In this document: one piece after another, positions 35,350 to 45,502 of the stretch | Numbering within the stretch: position 1 is the stretch's first letter | Layout of the letters: every line of letters starts with the position of its first letter | From: Kofleriaceae bacterium | Lineage (GTDB): Bacteria > Myxococcota_A > Polyangia > Haliangiales > Haliangiaceae | NCBI GenBank assembly: GCA_965215005.1 | Contig: CBDCCZ010000042.1 | Span: 96,001 to 160,000, forward strand | Reading direction: 5' to 3' | DNA length: 64,000 nt | Made by a program: the position numbers and the translations under genes | Notes under the pieces: model-generated | Told to the model about the DNA's origin: nothing | Databases searched by the model: none | The model's input: the letters and a program-made list of their open reading frames with translations, nothing else

Positions 35350-35538
35350 ATGCAGACGACTACCAAGATCTCCTCCACGGCTTCCTCGGCCGAACGCAAC
35401 CGCGCTGTCCGCATCCTCGCCAAGTCGATCTATCGTGAGCTCATGCAGCAGGGCTACGACGATAAATGCGTCGTCTCCTTGGCGACCGAGCTCATCAGCG
35501 AGGTCACCACCAACATGGCTACGCCGCCGCGCACCTAG
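35350..35538 (+). CDS. Small conserved-looking myxobacterial hypothetical protein (62 aa)
   Basis: RILAKSIYRELMQQGYDDKCVVSLATELISEVT amphipathic helices, GC3-biased codons and its own promoter. Confidence 0.75.
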   Translation: MQTTTKISSTASSAERNRAVRILAKSIYRELMQQGYDDKCVVSLATELISEVTTNMATPPRT

Positions 35539-35683
35539 CGCCTGGTTCTCCCTCTTCCGCATCACGCGGTCTCGCGGCCGCGAGCCGCGGCGTCGATAGC
35601 GCTCGGTTTTCGCCGCGCCTCATGTAGCAGCACCCGCGCTTTTTGGCTAAGGTCGCCGCGCATTCACCCAACGGAGGCTCGCA

Positions 35684-36688
35684 ATGGCGAAGGTACGGAT
35701 CGGTATCAATGGGTTTGGTCGCATCGGCCGCGGGGTTGCGCGTGCGCTCGCCGCTGAGCCAGACGCAGTGGATTTGGTCCTCATCAACGACCTCACTGAC
35801 GCGGCGACGCTCGGTCACCTGCTCAAACACGATTCCATCCATGGCGCTTACCCGGGAAGCGTCGAGGTCAAAGAGCGAGCTCTCGTCATCAACGGCGATG
35901 CGGTGGACATCAGCGCCGTCAAAGAGCCCGCGGAGATTCCGTGGGGCGACAAGGGCGTCGACATCGTTTTAGAGTGCACCGGGCGGTTCCGAGGCAAGGC
36001 CGACGCAGGCAAGCACCTCGAGTCGGCCAAGAAGGTGATCATCAGCGCGCCGGGCAAGGACGTCGACGTCACCCTCGCCTGCGGGATCAACCTCGAGGCT
36101 TACGACCCGGCAAAGCACCACGTCATCTCCAACGCTTCGTGCACCACCAACTGCTTGGCGCCGATGGCAAAGGTCCTTCACGAGAGCTTCGGCATCGACC
36201 GTGGCTTGATGACGACCATCCATTCGTATACCAACGACCAGCAGATTCTCGACCTTCCCCACTCCGACCTGCGTCGGGCTCGTGCTGCGGCGTTGTCGAT
36301 GATTCCGACCACCACCGGCGCCGCCAAGGCACTGAAAGAAGTGCTGCCGGCCATGAGCGGTAAGCTCGACGGTATGGCGATTCGCGTGCCCACGCCCAAC
36401 GTCTCGGTCGTGGATCTCACCGTTAACTTGCAGCAGGATGCCTCCATCGAGGCGGTCAATGATGCCTTCCGCAAGGCCGCCAACGGCGCGCTCAAGGGCA
36501 TTCTTGCGGTCTCCGATGAAGAGCTGGTGTCGGTTGACTTCAACGGCAACAAGCACTCGGCCACCATCGATCTGCCGCTGACAGCGAAGTTAGGCTCCAT
36601 GTTCAAGGTCATCGGGTGGTACGACAACGAAGCGGGATACTCGCAGCGATTGTTCGACCTCGCCAAGTTCATCGGCTCGAAGCTCTAG
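35684..36688 (+). CDS. gap: Glyceraldehyde-3-phosphate dehydrogenase type I
   Basis: GINGFGRIG, SNASCTTNCLAP and WYDNE. Confidence 0.98.
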   Translation: MAKVRIGINGFGRIGRGVARALAAEPDAVDLVLINDLTDAATLGHLLKHDSIHGAYPGSVEVKERALVINGDAVDISAVKEPAEIPWGDKGVDIVLECTGRFRGKADAGKHLESAKKVIISAPGKDVDVTLACGINLEAYDPAKHHVISNASCTTNCLAPMAKVLHESFGIDRGLMTTIHSYTNDQQILDLPHSDLRRARAAALSMIPTTTGAAKALKEVLPAMSGKLDGMAIRVPTPNVSVVDLTVNLQQDASIEAVNDAFRKAANGALKGILAVSDEELVSVDFNGNKHSATIDLPLTAKLGSMFKVIGWYDNEAGYSQRLFDLAKFIGSKL

Positions 36689-36805
36689 CGTTTCCGAGTC
36701 GAGTAGCGAACCGCCGCGTCACCAAATCCGCGGCGTCGTACTAGTCGTACTGAACGATCACGCATCGCCGCACGCTGGCGGTGCGTGCTGCCAGGAGGCA
36801 GACGG

Positions 36806-37990
36806 ATGGCTATCAAGCACCTCGAGGATGTCGCGATCGAGGGCAAGCGCGTGTTTATGCGCGTGGACCTCAACGTTCCCCTCGCTGACGGCAAGGTGAG
36901 CGACGATGCCCGCCTGCAGGCGGTGTTGCCGTCAGTACGCCACTGCATCGATCGCGGCGCGCGACTGATTCTCGGCTCCCACCTTGGCCGCCCCAAAGGC
37001 AAACGAGTACCGGAGTTGTCGCTCGAGCCGGTGGCGGCACGCCTGGCGGAGCTGCTCGATCAGGAGGTAATGCTCACCGATGAGCCGGTTGGCGACGGTG
37101 CCCGCAAAGTGGTCGGGGACCTGCGCGAAGGGCAAGTGGTGATGCTCGAGAACCTGCGCTTCGAGCCCGGCGAAGAGACCAACGACGACCACCTCTCGCG
37201 GGCTCTGGCGGCGTACGCCGACATCTACATAAACGATGCGTTTGGCACCGCGCACCGCGCCCACGCATCGACGGTGGGAATGGTCGATCACGTGGCAGAA
37301 AAAGGCGCCGGCTTCGTGATGAGCAAAGAGATCGAAGTGCTGTCGCGGCTGCTGGGAAACGTCGACCGCCCGTACGTCGCAGTCCTCGGCGGCGCCAAGG
37401 TCTCCGATAAGATCGAGGTTCTGGAAGCGCTGCTCGAGCGCGTCGATGCCATCATCATCGGCGGCGCGATGGCCAACACCTTTCTCAGTGCGCGGGGTCA
37501 AGACGTCGGTGCTAGCAAGGTTGAAGAGGATCGCCTGGCTATCGCACGCAACTTCCTTCGCAAGGCAACCGAGAAGGGCGTGAAGGTGCACCTGCCGACC
37601 GACGTGGTGGTCGCCCGCTCGTTCGAATCGAGCAGCGGTCATCCGGTGCCCGTCACCGCCATCGGCAGCCACGACATGGCCCTCGACATCGGTCCTGAAA
37701 CCACCGCCCAGTTTGCCGACCTCATCGCCAGTGCTCGTACGGTGTTCTGGAACGGTCCGATGGGCGTGTTCGAGCGCGAGGTGTACGCCAAAGGCACGCT
37801 GGGCGTGGCCGAAGCACTGGCGGGCAACCGCCGAGCGCTCACGGTGGTCGGTGGCGGCGACAGCGCCGCGGCGGTCGCCAAGGCCGGTATCGCCGACCAG
37901 GTAACCCACGTCTCGACCGGCGGCGGTGCCTCGCTCGAGTTCATTCAGGGCATCGAGCTCCCCGGCATCGCCGCGCTCGAAGAGGCGTAG
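36806..37990 (+). CDS. pgk: Phosphoglycerate kinase
   Basis: RVDLNVP, SHLGRP, DAFGTAHRAH and STGGGASLE; AGGAGG RBS before ATG 36806. Confidence 0.98.
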   Translation: MAIKHLEDVAIEGKRVFMRVDLNVPLADGKVSDDARLQAVLPSVRHCIDRGARLILGSHLGRPKGKRVPELSLEPVAARLAELLDQEVMLTDEPVGDGARKVVGDLREGQVVMLENLRFEPGEETNDDHLSRALAAYADIYINDAFGTAHRAHASTVGMVDHVAEKGAGFVMSKEIEVLSRLLGNVDRPYVAVLGGAKVSDKIEVLEALLERVDAIIIGGAMANTFLSARGQDVGASKVEEDRLAIARNFLRKATEKGVKVHLPTDVVVARSFESSSGHPVPVTAIGSHDMALDIGPETTAQFADLIASARTVFWNGPMGVFEREVYAKGTLGVAEALAGNRRALTVVGGGDSAAAVAKAGIADQVTHVSTGGGASLEFIQGIELPGIAALEEA

Positions 37991-38045
37991 CGGTTCACGG
38001 CGGAGGCCTTCATGTTGATCCCAGCTGCGTGATAAAACCGCCGAT

Positions 38046-38816
38046 ATGCCCCTAACGCCCATCATCGTCGGCAACTGGAAGCTCCACAAGACCATCGCCG
38101 AAGGGCGGCGCCTAGCAGCAGCTCTAAAGGAGACCCTCGGCGAGGGTCGCGGCGTCGAGGTGGGCGTGGCGCCGGTGTTCACGGCGGTGGCAGCGGTGGC
38201 CGAGGAGCTTGCTGGCTCGTCGATCTTCGTCAGCGCCCAGAATTGCTACTGGGAAGATCGCGGCGCGTTCACGGGTGAGGTCGGACCGGCGCTGCTCGCC
38301 GACGCCGGTTGCACCTGGGTCATCGTCGGCCATAGCGAGCGACGCACCCTGTTCGGCGACACCGATGACAGCGTTGGCAAGCGGGCTCGCGCTGCCCTGG
38401 ACGCAGGGTTGTCAGTCATTGCCTGCGTCGGCGAGACCGAGCAAGAGCGCGACGATGGCCATACGATGGCGCGGGTGGATGGGCAGCTGGCGGGAGCCCT
38501 GGCGCAGGTGCGCGAGCAAGATTTGGGCAAGGTTGTCGTTGCCTATGAGCCGGTTTGGGCGATTGGCACCGGACGCACCGCCACGCCGGAGCAAGCGCAG
38601 GAGGTTCATAGCCACCTGCGCACCAACCTCCGCAGCCGCTACGGCGACGCTGGGGCCGAGGTGCGGCTGCAGTATGGCGGTTCGGTGAAACCCGGCAACG
38701 CGGAGGAGCTGCTCGCTCAGCCCGACATCGACGGCGCGCTGGTGGGCGGGGCATCTCTGGAAGCGGCTGATTTTGCCGCGATCGTCCGTGCAGCCCGGCT
38801 TGCCTCGACTCGGTAA
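38046..38816 (+). CDS. tpiA: Triosephosphate isomerase
   Basis: GNWK, GHSERR and AYEPVWAIGTG. Confidence 0.98.
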   Translation: MPLTPIIVGNWKLHKTIAEGRRLAAALKETLGEGRGVEVGVAPVFTAVAAVAEELAGSSIFVSAQNCYWEDRGAFTGEVGPALLADAGCTWVIVGHSERRTLFGDTDDSVGKRARAALDAGLSVIACVGETEQERDDGHTMARVDGQLAGALAQVREQDLGKVVVAYEPVWAIGTGRTATPEQAQEVHSHLRTNLRSRYGDAGAEVRLQYGGSVKPGNAEELLAQPDIDGALVGGASLEAADFAAIVRAARLASTR

Positions 38817-38837
38817 ATCGGCTAGAACCCGCCATCT

Positions 38838-39620
38838 ATGTCGACGCTGGTCACCATCCTCCACGTCATCGTGTGCCTGTTTCTCATGCTCACGGTGCTG
38901 TTGCAGTCCGGCAAGGGCGGCGGGATGGGAGCCGCGCTGGGTGGCGGCGCCGGTACGCAAACGGTATTCGGTGGCGCGGGCGGCGGAGGATTTCTCCGCA
39001 CGCTCACAGCCGGCGCTGCTGCGACCTTCATGATCACGTCGATGACGCTGGCGTGGCTGGCGTCCAACAGCGGCGCCGACGCTCTCAAGCGCTATAGCGC
39101 CCAGCAGCGGCACGCGGCACAGCTCAAGGAGCAGGCGGCGCAAGAGGCACTGACGCCCAGCGACGACGCCGACGCCGTTCCCGCGGAGAATGAGCCGGTC
39201 GAGCCTGCCGCGAACGAGGGCGGCGCGGAGCAATCGGTGGAATCCGAAGCCGACGAGGGCGGTGCGATGCCTAGCATGACCGGCGAAGAGGCCTCGGCGG
39301 AGGACGATCCCGCCGCTGCGCCAGCCGCCGCTCCCGCCACGACGCCGAACGCTCCTGCTGCAGTTCCGAAAGCACCGGCCGCCACGCCCAACGCTCCTGC
39401 TGCAGCTCCGAAGGCACCGGCCGCCACGCCGAACGCCCCTGCTGCGACTCCGAAGGCTCCTGCCGCCACGCCGAGCGCTCCTGCGACGGCTCCACAGGCA
39501 CCCGCCGCCACGCCAAGGCCGCCAGCCGCGGCGCCTAAGGCACCCGCCGCCACGCCCAACCCGACCGTCCCGGCTCCCAATGCGCCGGTCGAGCCGGCGC
39601 CGCAGGCGCCAGCCCCGTAA
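38838..39620 (+). CDS. secG: Preprotein translocase subunit SecG with a long acidic and Pro/Ala-repeat C-terminal extension
   Basis: VLLQSGKGGGMGAALGGG...TVFG; two TM segments; canonical position after tpiA. Confidence 0.92.
   Translation: MSTLVTILHVIVCLFLMLTVLLQSGKGGGMGAALGGGAGTQTVFGGAGGGGFLRTLTAGAAATFMITSMTLAWLASNSGADALKRYSAQQRHAAQLKEQAAQEALTPSDDADAVPAENEPVEPAANEGGAEQSVESEADEGGAMPSMTGEEASAEDDPAAAPAAAPATTPNAPAAVPKAPAATPNAPAAAPKAPAATPNAPAATPKAPAATPSAPATAPQAPAATPRPPAAAPKAPAATPNPTVPAPNAPVEPAPQAPAP
39330..39560. repeat. Coding tandem repeat, 21-bp unit (APAATPN/APAAAPK), about 11 copies
   Basis: Visible 7-aa periodicity in the secG tail. Confidence 0.85.
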
Positions 39621-39634
39621 CGAAAGCCAGTCGG

Positions 39635-40561
39635 TTGCGCTTCAGCAAGTACCACGGCCTGGGAAACGACTTCCTCATCGTCGATCTGCGACACGAGCGG
39701 CCCCCAGGCCCCTCGCCCGAGCAGCCGGCAATCGCGCAAGCTCTGTGCGACCGTCGCTTCGGCGTCGGGGGCGACGGCGTGCTCGCGCTTTTACCACCCG
39801 AGTCGCCCGCGGCGGATGCCCGCATGCGGGTTCTCAATGCCGACGGCGGCGAAGCGGAAATGTGCGGCAACGGACTGCGGTGCGTCGTCAAGTACCTCTA
39901 CGAGCGCGACCCCAAGCTGCGCCGACCTTCGCTCCTCATCGAGACCGGCGCTGGTTCCTTGGCGTGCGACGTAGATCTCGAATCGGGCCAGGGCGATCGC
40001 ATCAACACCGTCACCGTCGACATGGGGCGTCCCCGGCTCCTCCGCGGCGAGATTCCGATGACCGGGCCGGCAGAGGAGCGCGCTGTCGAGGTTCCCCTCC
40101 TCGTCGAAGATCGCGAGCTTGCAATCACGGCGGTGTCGATGGGCAACCCGCACGCGATAGCCTTCGTCGAAGAGAGCGGCGCGCAGCTCCGCGCGCTCGC
40201 CGAGCGCCTCGGCCCTCACGTCGAGACCCATCCGTGGTTCCCGCGCCGGACCAACGTCGAGCTGGTTCGCCAGCATGGTGAGCGTGACCTCGAGCTCGTC
40301 GTCTGGGAGCGCGGCTGCGGCATTACCCTAGCCTGTGGAACCGGCGCTTGCGCTACCGCGGTGGCTGCATGCCTCACAGGCCGCGCCGCAGTCGGCGCTG
40401 AGCTGCGCGTCCGTCTGCTCGGCGGCGAATTGGCCATCACCGTTGCCCCAAACTATCGCACCGTCTTCATGCGCGGCGCGGCCACTCACGTCTTTGATGC
40501 CGAGATCGATCTCAGCGCTCTCGCGGCTCGTACGCCTGCAGACGCAGGCCGCGGCGTCTAG
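39635..40561 (+). CDS. dapF: Diaminopimelate epimerase
   Basis: KYHGLGNDF, EAEMCGNGLRC, GNPH and ERGCGITLACGTG. Confidence 0.96.
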   Translation: MRFSKYHGLGNDFLIVDLRHERPPGPSPEQPAIAQALCDRRFGVGGDGVLALLPPESPAADARMRVLNADGGEAEMCGNGLRCVVKYLYERDPKLRRPSLLIETGAGSLACDVDLESGQGDRINTVTVDMGRPRLLRGEIPMTGPAEERAVEVPLLVEDRELAITAVSMGNPHAIAFVEESGAQLRALAERLGPHVETHPWFPRRTNVELVRQHGERDLELVVWERGCGITLACGTGACATAVAACLTGRAAVGAELRVRLLGGELAITVAPNYRTVFMRGAATHVFDAEIDLSALAARTPADAGRGV

Positions 40562-40852
40562 AGCGCGGCAATCCGCGGGGCGCCTTTGCGCTCATCACCG
40601 ATCCGCTCCGCTCATTCCGGCCATCACGGCTGCGAGCGCAGCGGCAGGATAGGCGCACGCAGGCCGGCGCGCCACTGCCTCACGCGGTGTGCTCGTTCTT
40701 CGCAGTGCACGTCGTGAGGCGCGATACGCACCAGTCGATGCGGGAGACACCGAAGGTCCTCGAGCAGGGGCCTGCGCGACCGCGCTTCCCAGGCCCCCGT
40801 TCCGGCGCGGCCAACGAGCGCATCGCGGCTCCCATGGCAGCGTGCCAGCGGC

Positions 40853-41929
40853 TCAAAATAGACTGCCCTGGGCGCCGCCGGTGGGGGTGATTTTGCCCGT
40901 AGGCTTGGGGGCACCGAGGTGCTCAAAGGCGCGCTGGGTAGCGACGCGGCCACGCGGCGTGCGGGTGATGAAGCCCGCCTGCAGAAGGAACGGCTCGACC
41001 ACGTCCTCCAGGGTGCCGCGCTCTTCACTGAGCGATGCGGCGATGGCGTCGATCCCCACTGGACCGCCGTCGAAGCGCTCGACCACGACCAGCAGGTAGG
41101 CGCGATCGAGCGCGTCCAGCCCCTCGTGATCCACGGCCAAGCGGTCGAGCGAAGAGGCTGCGAGCGCTCCATCGATGGTGCCATCGCCCTCGACGGCAGC
41201 GAAGTCGCGGACGCGGCGGAGTAGACGATTGGCAATACGCGGCGTGCCGCGAGCGCGGCGGGCGATCTCATAGGCGCCGTCATCGTCGATGTCGATGTCG
41301 ATGAGCCCCGCCGAGCGACGAACGATCGACACCATGTCGTCGAGCTCGTAGTAGCGCAGCTGCCAGTGAAACCCAAAGCGATCCAACAGCGGCGAGCTGA
41401 GCAGGCCCATCCGCGTGGTGGCTCCAAGCAACGTAAAACGCGGCAGCTGCATGGTGACCGCCTTGGCGTGCGGGCCATCGCCGATGAACAGGTCGAACTT
41501 GTAGTCCTCCATCGCCGGATAGAGGTTTTCCTCGACCACCGGACTAAGGCGGTGGATCTCGTCGATGAACAAAACGTCGCGCTCGCCGAGCGACGTGAGC
41601 AGGCTGGCGAGCATGCCCTTGTGGTCGATGGCCGGCCCTGAGGTGACGTGCAGGTGGACGCCGAGCTCGTTGGCGATTACATGGGCCAAGGTGGTCTTGC
41701 CGAGGCCGGGAGGACCCGCAAATAGAAAGTGGTCCAGCGACCAGCCGCCCTGCGTCGCAGCGGCGACCGACACCCGCAGGTTGTTGATGAGATCGCGCTG
41801 GCCGACGTAGTCGTCGAAGCGTTCTGGGCGAAGTGCTGCCTGATACGCGCGCTCAGACCGCCGCTCGACCGGCTCGACTTCACTCTCGGGACGCGCGGCG
41901 GCGGTATCTTCGTGCTTTTGACGTCCCAT
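40853..41929 (-). CDS. ruvB: Holliday junction branch migration helicase
   Basis: GPPGLGKTT, FIDEIHRL and RGTPRIANRLLRRVRD. Confidence 0.98.
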   Translation of the reverse strand: MGRQKHEDTAAARPESEVEPVERRSERAYQAALRPERFDDYVGQRDLINNLRVSVAAATQGGWSLDHFLFAGPPGLGKTTLAHVIANELGVHLHVTSGPAIDHKGMLASLLTSLGERDVLFIDEIHRLSPVVEENLYPAMEDYKFDLFIGDGPHAKAVTMQLPRFTLLGATTRMGLLSSPLLDRFGFHWQLRYYELDDMVSIVRRSAGLIDIDIDDDGAYEIARRARGTPRIANRLLRRVRDFAAVEGDGTIDGALAASSLDRLAVDHEGLDALDRAYLLVVVERFDGGPVGIDAIAASLSEERGTLEDVVEPFLLQAGFITRTPRGRVATQRAFEHLGAPKPTGKITPTGGAQGSLF

Positions 41930-41933
41930 GCAG

Positions 41934-42566
41934 CTATCTCGGCATCAGCCTGAGAGCGTCTCGTAGCAGGGATTCGAGAGTTGCACCACCACCGTGGTCG
42001 AGCTCACTCACCACCCTATCGGCATCGGGCGAACGAAACCCGAGCTGCACCAGCGCGCTGGCGACGTCTTCGAGAATCGCGGGCCGGCTCCGTGCAACTT
42101 GCGCGGCCGCCACCGCCGCGGCCGGAGCAATTTCTCCCGAGGCACCCCAGCTCGCCAACAGAAGCTCGCACTTCTCGCGCAGCTCGACCACGATGAGCTC
42201 GGCGGTCTTCTTACCCACCCCCTTGATCTTGGTGAGCGCGGGGACCTGCCCGCTGGCGATGAGCTGCGCGATGTCGGTAGGGCTCGCGCCGCCGGACAAG
42301 ATTCCCATCGCCGACGACGGGCCGACGTTCTTGACGGTGATCAGCAGGTCGAAGAGCTTGCGCTCGCCCACGGTCCCAAAGCCGTACAACGCGATCTTGT
42401 TCTCTTGCGCTTGGGTGAACACCCGCAGCGTCACGGTCTCCCCGAGCGCCGGCAGCTGCATGAGCGTATAGCCCGAGACAGTGACCTCGTAGCCGACACC
42501 GCCGCAGTCGATGATGATATGCGCGCCCGCGCGCTCGACCAACGCGCCGCGAAGCCGACCGATCAT
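41934..42566 (-). CDS. ruvA: Holliday junction branch migration protein
   Basis: MIGRLRG...GGVGYEV...LYGF...GVGKKTAE. Confidence 0.97.
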   Translation of the reverse strand: MIGRLRGALVERAGAHIIIDCGGVGYEVTVSGYTLMQLPALGETVTLRVFTQAQENKIALYGFGTVGERKLFDLLITVKNVGPSSAMGILSGGASPTDIAQLIASGQVPALTKIKGVGKKTAELIVVELREKCELLLASWGASGEIAPAAAVAAAQVARSRPAILEDVASALVQLGFRSPDADRVVSELDHGGGATLESLLRDALRLMPR

Positions 42567-43054
42567 GCGGCCCCTGCGACGAGCGCGCCGCTGCGATGGA
42601 CGTGGGTGATCGCCACCGCCAACGCATCCGCGGCGTCAGCGCGCGGCGGTCGCGACAACCCCACCAGCCCCTGCACCATCAGACACACCTGCTCTTTGGA
42701 CGCGCGACCACGGCCGGTGACGGTTTTTTTGATCACGGGCGCGGGATACGAGTGCACCGCGAGCCCGGCCATGCCCGCAACCGCCAACACCGTACCTCGC
42801 GCCTGCGCCAGCGCCAGCGCCGAGCGTGGATTGATGCGTGAGAAGACATCTTCCACCGCGACCACCGCGGGACGCAGCTCGGTGATCACATCGGTGAGCC
42901 ACCGGGCGATCTCACCTAAGCGAACCTCCATGGGCTGGGTCGCGCCGGCGGTAATCACTCCACATTCGACATAGCGGCACGAAAATGGTCCCGCAGATTC
43001 TACGATGGCGTAACCACACACCCGACTGCCCGGGTCGACGCCGAGAATGCGCAT
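42563..43054 (-). CDS. ruvC: Crossover junction endodeoxyribonuclease
   Basis: MRILGVDPGS, LAQARG and DAADALAVAITH. Confidence 0.97.
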   Translation of the reverse strand: MRILGVDPGSRVCGYAIVESAGPFSCRYVECGVITAGATQPMEVRLGEIARWLTDVITELRPAVVAVEDVFSRINPRSALALAQARGTVLAVAGMAGLAVHSYPAPVIKKTVTGRGRASKEQVCLMVQGLVGLSRPPRADAADALAVAITHVHRSGALVAGAA

Positions 43055-43109
43055 TGCCCAGGACGCTAACGCGGTGCTGTGACGATGTCGCGTTTTCGGC
43101 AGCGTTGGA

Positions 43110-43856
43110 CTAGCCAAAGCGCTCCATCAGCTCCTCGGACATCTCGAAGTTGGCGTAGACGTTTTGCACGTCGTCGAGATCTTCTAGGACCCCGATGAGC
43201 TTGAGCATGCTCTCGGCTTTGTCTTCCTCGATTTGCACGGTGGTGTCGGGAAGATTGTCGAGCTCGGCATTCTCCGGCTCGATGCCAGCCCCAGCGATCG
43301 CCGCCTGCACCGCCTCGAAAGCGGCGGGCTCACAATCGATCGTCCAAACCTCGCCGTCGTCGCGAATGTCCTCGGCGCCGGCCTCTAGCGCGACCTCCAT
43401 CAAGGCCTCTTCGCTCGCCGCGCTTTTGAGAACATGAATGATGCCGCGCTTCTGGAACAACCAGCCGACCGATCCGGAGGTGCCGAGGTTGCCGCCATAC
43501 TTCTCGAACGAGTGGCGAACTTCGCCCACGGTGCGATTGCGATTGTCGGTGGTGCACTCGACGACGATGGCCACGCCCCCGGGGCCATAGCCTTCGTAAA
43601 CCACTTCTTCCCAGTTGTCGCCACCGCTGCCGCCGGCGCCCTTTTCGATGGCGGCGGCGATCTTATCCTTGGGAACGTTGAGGCCGCGCGCCTTGTCCAT
43701 TGCCAGGCGCAGCCGCGGATTGCCATCGGGATCGGCGCCGCCGACGCGGGCGGCGACCTGGATCTCGCGGATGACCTTGGTCCACACCTTGGAACGCTTG
43801 GCGTCCACGACCGCCTTCTTGCGCTTGATATTGGCCCATTTGCTATGCCCAGCCAT
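43110..43856 (-). CDS. yebC: YebC/PmpR family protein
   Basis: MAGHSKWANIK, YEGYGPGG and TDNRNRT. Confidence 0.97.
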   Translation of the reverse strand: MAGHSKWANIKRKKAVVDAKRSKVWTKVIREIQVAARVGGADPDGNPRLRLAMDKARGLNVPKDKIAAAIEKGAGGSGGDNWEEVVYEGYGPGGVAIVVECTTDNRNRTVGEVRHSFEKYGGNLGTSGSVGWLFQKRGIIHVLKSAASEEALMEVALEAGAEDIRDDGEVWTIDCEPAAFEAVQAAIAGAGIEPENAELDNLPDTTVQIEEDKAESMLKLIGVLEDLDDVQNVYANFEMSEELMERFG

Positions 43857-43948
43857 TGACGACTCCAGTGGGATCTACCGCGAAATCGCTAGCATTGTAG
43901 CTGGCTGCGGCGCAAGAGGCGCTGCCGGTTGGCGCCGTGCGCTGCGCC

Positions 43949-44632
43949 TCACGATGGCCGTGGGCCCACGATGGCGGTGCCGATGCGGACCAACGTAGCG
44001 CCTTCTTCGACCGCGATCAGGTAGTCACTGCTGGTCCCCATCGACAACCGAGTCAGCGGCCGCTGCGGCGTCGCTAGCCGTGCCGCGAGCTCACGCAGCG
44101 CCGCGAAGTGCCGGCGGTTGTCCTCGGGGCTCGCGGCGAGCGGCGGCATCGTCATCAAACCCTGGCAAACCACGTGCTCGAGCCTTTCCAAGGCCTCGAG
44201 CAGTGCCGGTAGCGCGGCCGGCGCCACGCCACTCTTGCTGGCCTCACCGGCGACGTTGACCGCCACCAGCACCGGCTGAACGAAGCCCTCGGCCGCGGCA
44301 CGCTTGTCGATCTCCTCGGCGAGGCGCACCGAGTCGAGCGCGTGAAGCAGCGCCGCGCGCCCGACCACCAGCTTGACCTTGTTGCGCTGCAAGGTGCCGA
44401 TGAAGTGCCAACGCAGACGCCCCTCCACCGCTGCGTGCTTGCTCGCGAGCTCCTGCGCGTAATTTTCGCCCACGTCGAGCACCCCCGCCGCAAGCGCCTC
44501 GCGCAGCACCGGCAGCGGTTGCTTCTTGGTCACCGCGACGATCGTAATCGCCGACGGATCGCGCCCGGCGCGCCGAGCTGCCGCGTCGACCTCGGCCTGA
44601 GCCCGCTGCCATCGCTCCGCCAGCGTGCTCAC
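43949..44632 (-). CDS. yggS: PLP homeostasis protein
   Basis: VAVTK, GENYAQE, WHFIGTLQRNK and LSMGTSSD. GTG start overlaps the maf stop. Confidence 0.95.
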   Translation of the reverse strand: MSTLAERWQRAQAEVDAAARRAGRDPSAITIVAVTKKQPLPVLREALAAGVLDVGENYAQELASKHAAVEGRLRWHFIGTLQRNKVKLVVGRAALLHALDSVRLAEEIDKRAAAEGFVQPVLVAVNVAGEASKSGVAPAALPALLEALERLEHVVCQGLMTMPPLAASPEDNRRHFAALRELAARLATPQRPLTRLSMGTSSDYLIAVEEGATLVRIGTAIVGPRPS

Positions 44633-45219
44633 GCCGGCACTCCTTGCTGATAGCAAGGCCGGGCGATATCACGGGCGCGCAGCGCGGCGAGCACCTCCGC
44701 CAGCGGCAGCCCGATGACGTTGGTGATCGAGCCGCGCACCTCGGTTATCAGCGCCGCCGCCATGCCTTGCACCGCATAGCCGCCGGCCTTGCCGCGCCAC
44801 TCACCGGCCGCTAGATAATCCTCGAGCTCGTCGGCCGAGGCGGCGCGCATGACCACCTCGGTGGTTACGACCTCGACCGTCGCATCGTCGCCACGCCGCA
44901 AGCAGAACGCGGTCGTGACCCGATGTCGCGTCGCCACCAACCGGGTCAGCATCGAGCGCGCCGCATCGACGTTTGCTGGCTTGCCCAAGATCGCGCCGCC
45001 GACCTCGACCACGGTGTCAGCGGCGAGCACCCAACGACGCGGATGACGTGCCGCGATCGCCGCCGCTTTGGCGCCAGCCACCCGTCGTGCGTAGTCGAGG
45101 ACGGCTTCTGCAGGCAGCACGGCTTCGTCGACCTCGGCGGCCAACACTTGGACCTCGATACCAACGCGCGCCAGCAGCTCGCGCCGCCGCGGCGACGCCG
45201 ATGCCAACAGTAGAGTCAT
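44629..45219 (-). CDS. maf: Maf family nucleoside triphosphate pyrophosphatase
   Basis: LLLASASPRRRELL, AADTVV and GKAGGYAVQG. Confidence 0.95.
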   Translation of the reverse strand: MTLLLASASPRRRELLARVGIEVQVLAAEVDEAVLPAEAVLDYARRVAGAKAAAIAARHPRRWVLAADTVVEVGGAILGKPANVDAARSMLTRLVATRHRVTTAFCLRRGDDATVEVVTTEVVMRAASADELEDYLAAGEWRGKAGGYAVQGMAAALITEVRGSITNVIGLPLAEVLAALRARDIARPCYQQGVPA

Positions 45220-45455
45220 GGCGCCTACCCTGCCGCAAACCACCGACGCCGCCAACCGATCGTGCCGCGGGAGTCGCAACGCAGGCTGCCCAGCCCCTGT
45301 GGGATGCGCTGCGCCACGAGACGCGGCGAGCAGGGGTGAGCACACCGGCGGGGCGACTGCATTCGCCGGGGCACCTGGTCCCCACCGGCTGATCAAACTG
45401 GCCCCTGCCGCGCTTAGACTCTCGTAGTTTCAGGCACTTATGGAGCTCGCAAGGT

Positions 45456-45470
45456 CGGCATGGCCGTTGC
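45456..45470 (+). promoter_or_regulatory. Sigma-54 promoter for the SLH lipoprotein gene
   Basis: CGGCATGGCCGTTGC; IHF-like TTTCAGGCACTTA upstream; AGGAGG RBS downstream. Confidence 0.65.
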
Positions 45471-45502
45471 TCTGTAGAACGCCGGTTGCTTAGGAGGTTT
45501 TC

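Noticed and set aside
39621..39634. tRNA-Leu usually found after secG
   Set aside because: Only 14 bp separate secG and dapF; I found no tRNA cloverleaf anywhere in the window.
40562..40852. Possible small gene between dapF and ruvB
   Set aside because: No frame with a convincing RBS, codon bias or motif.
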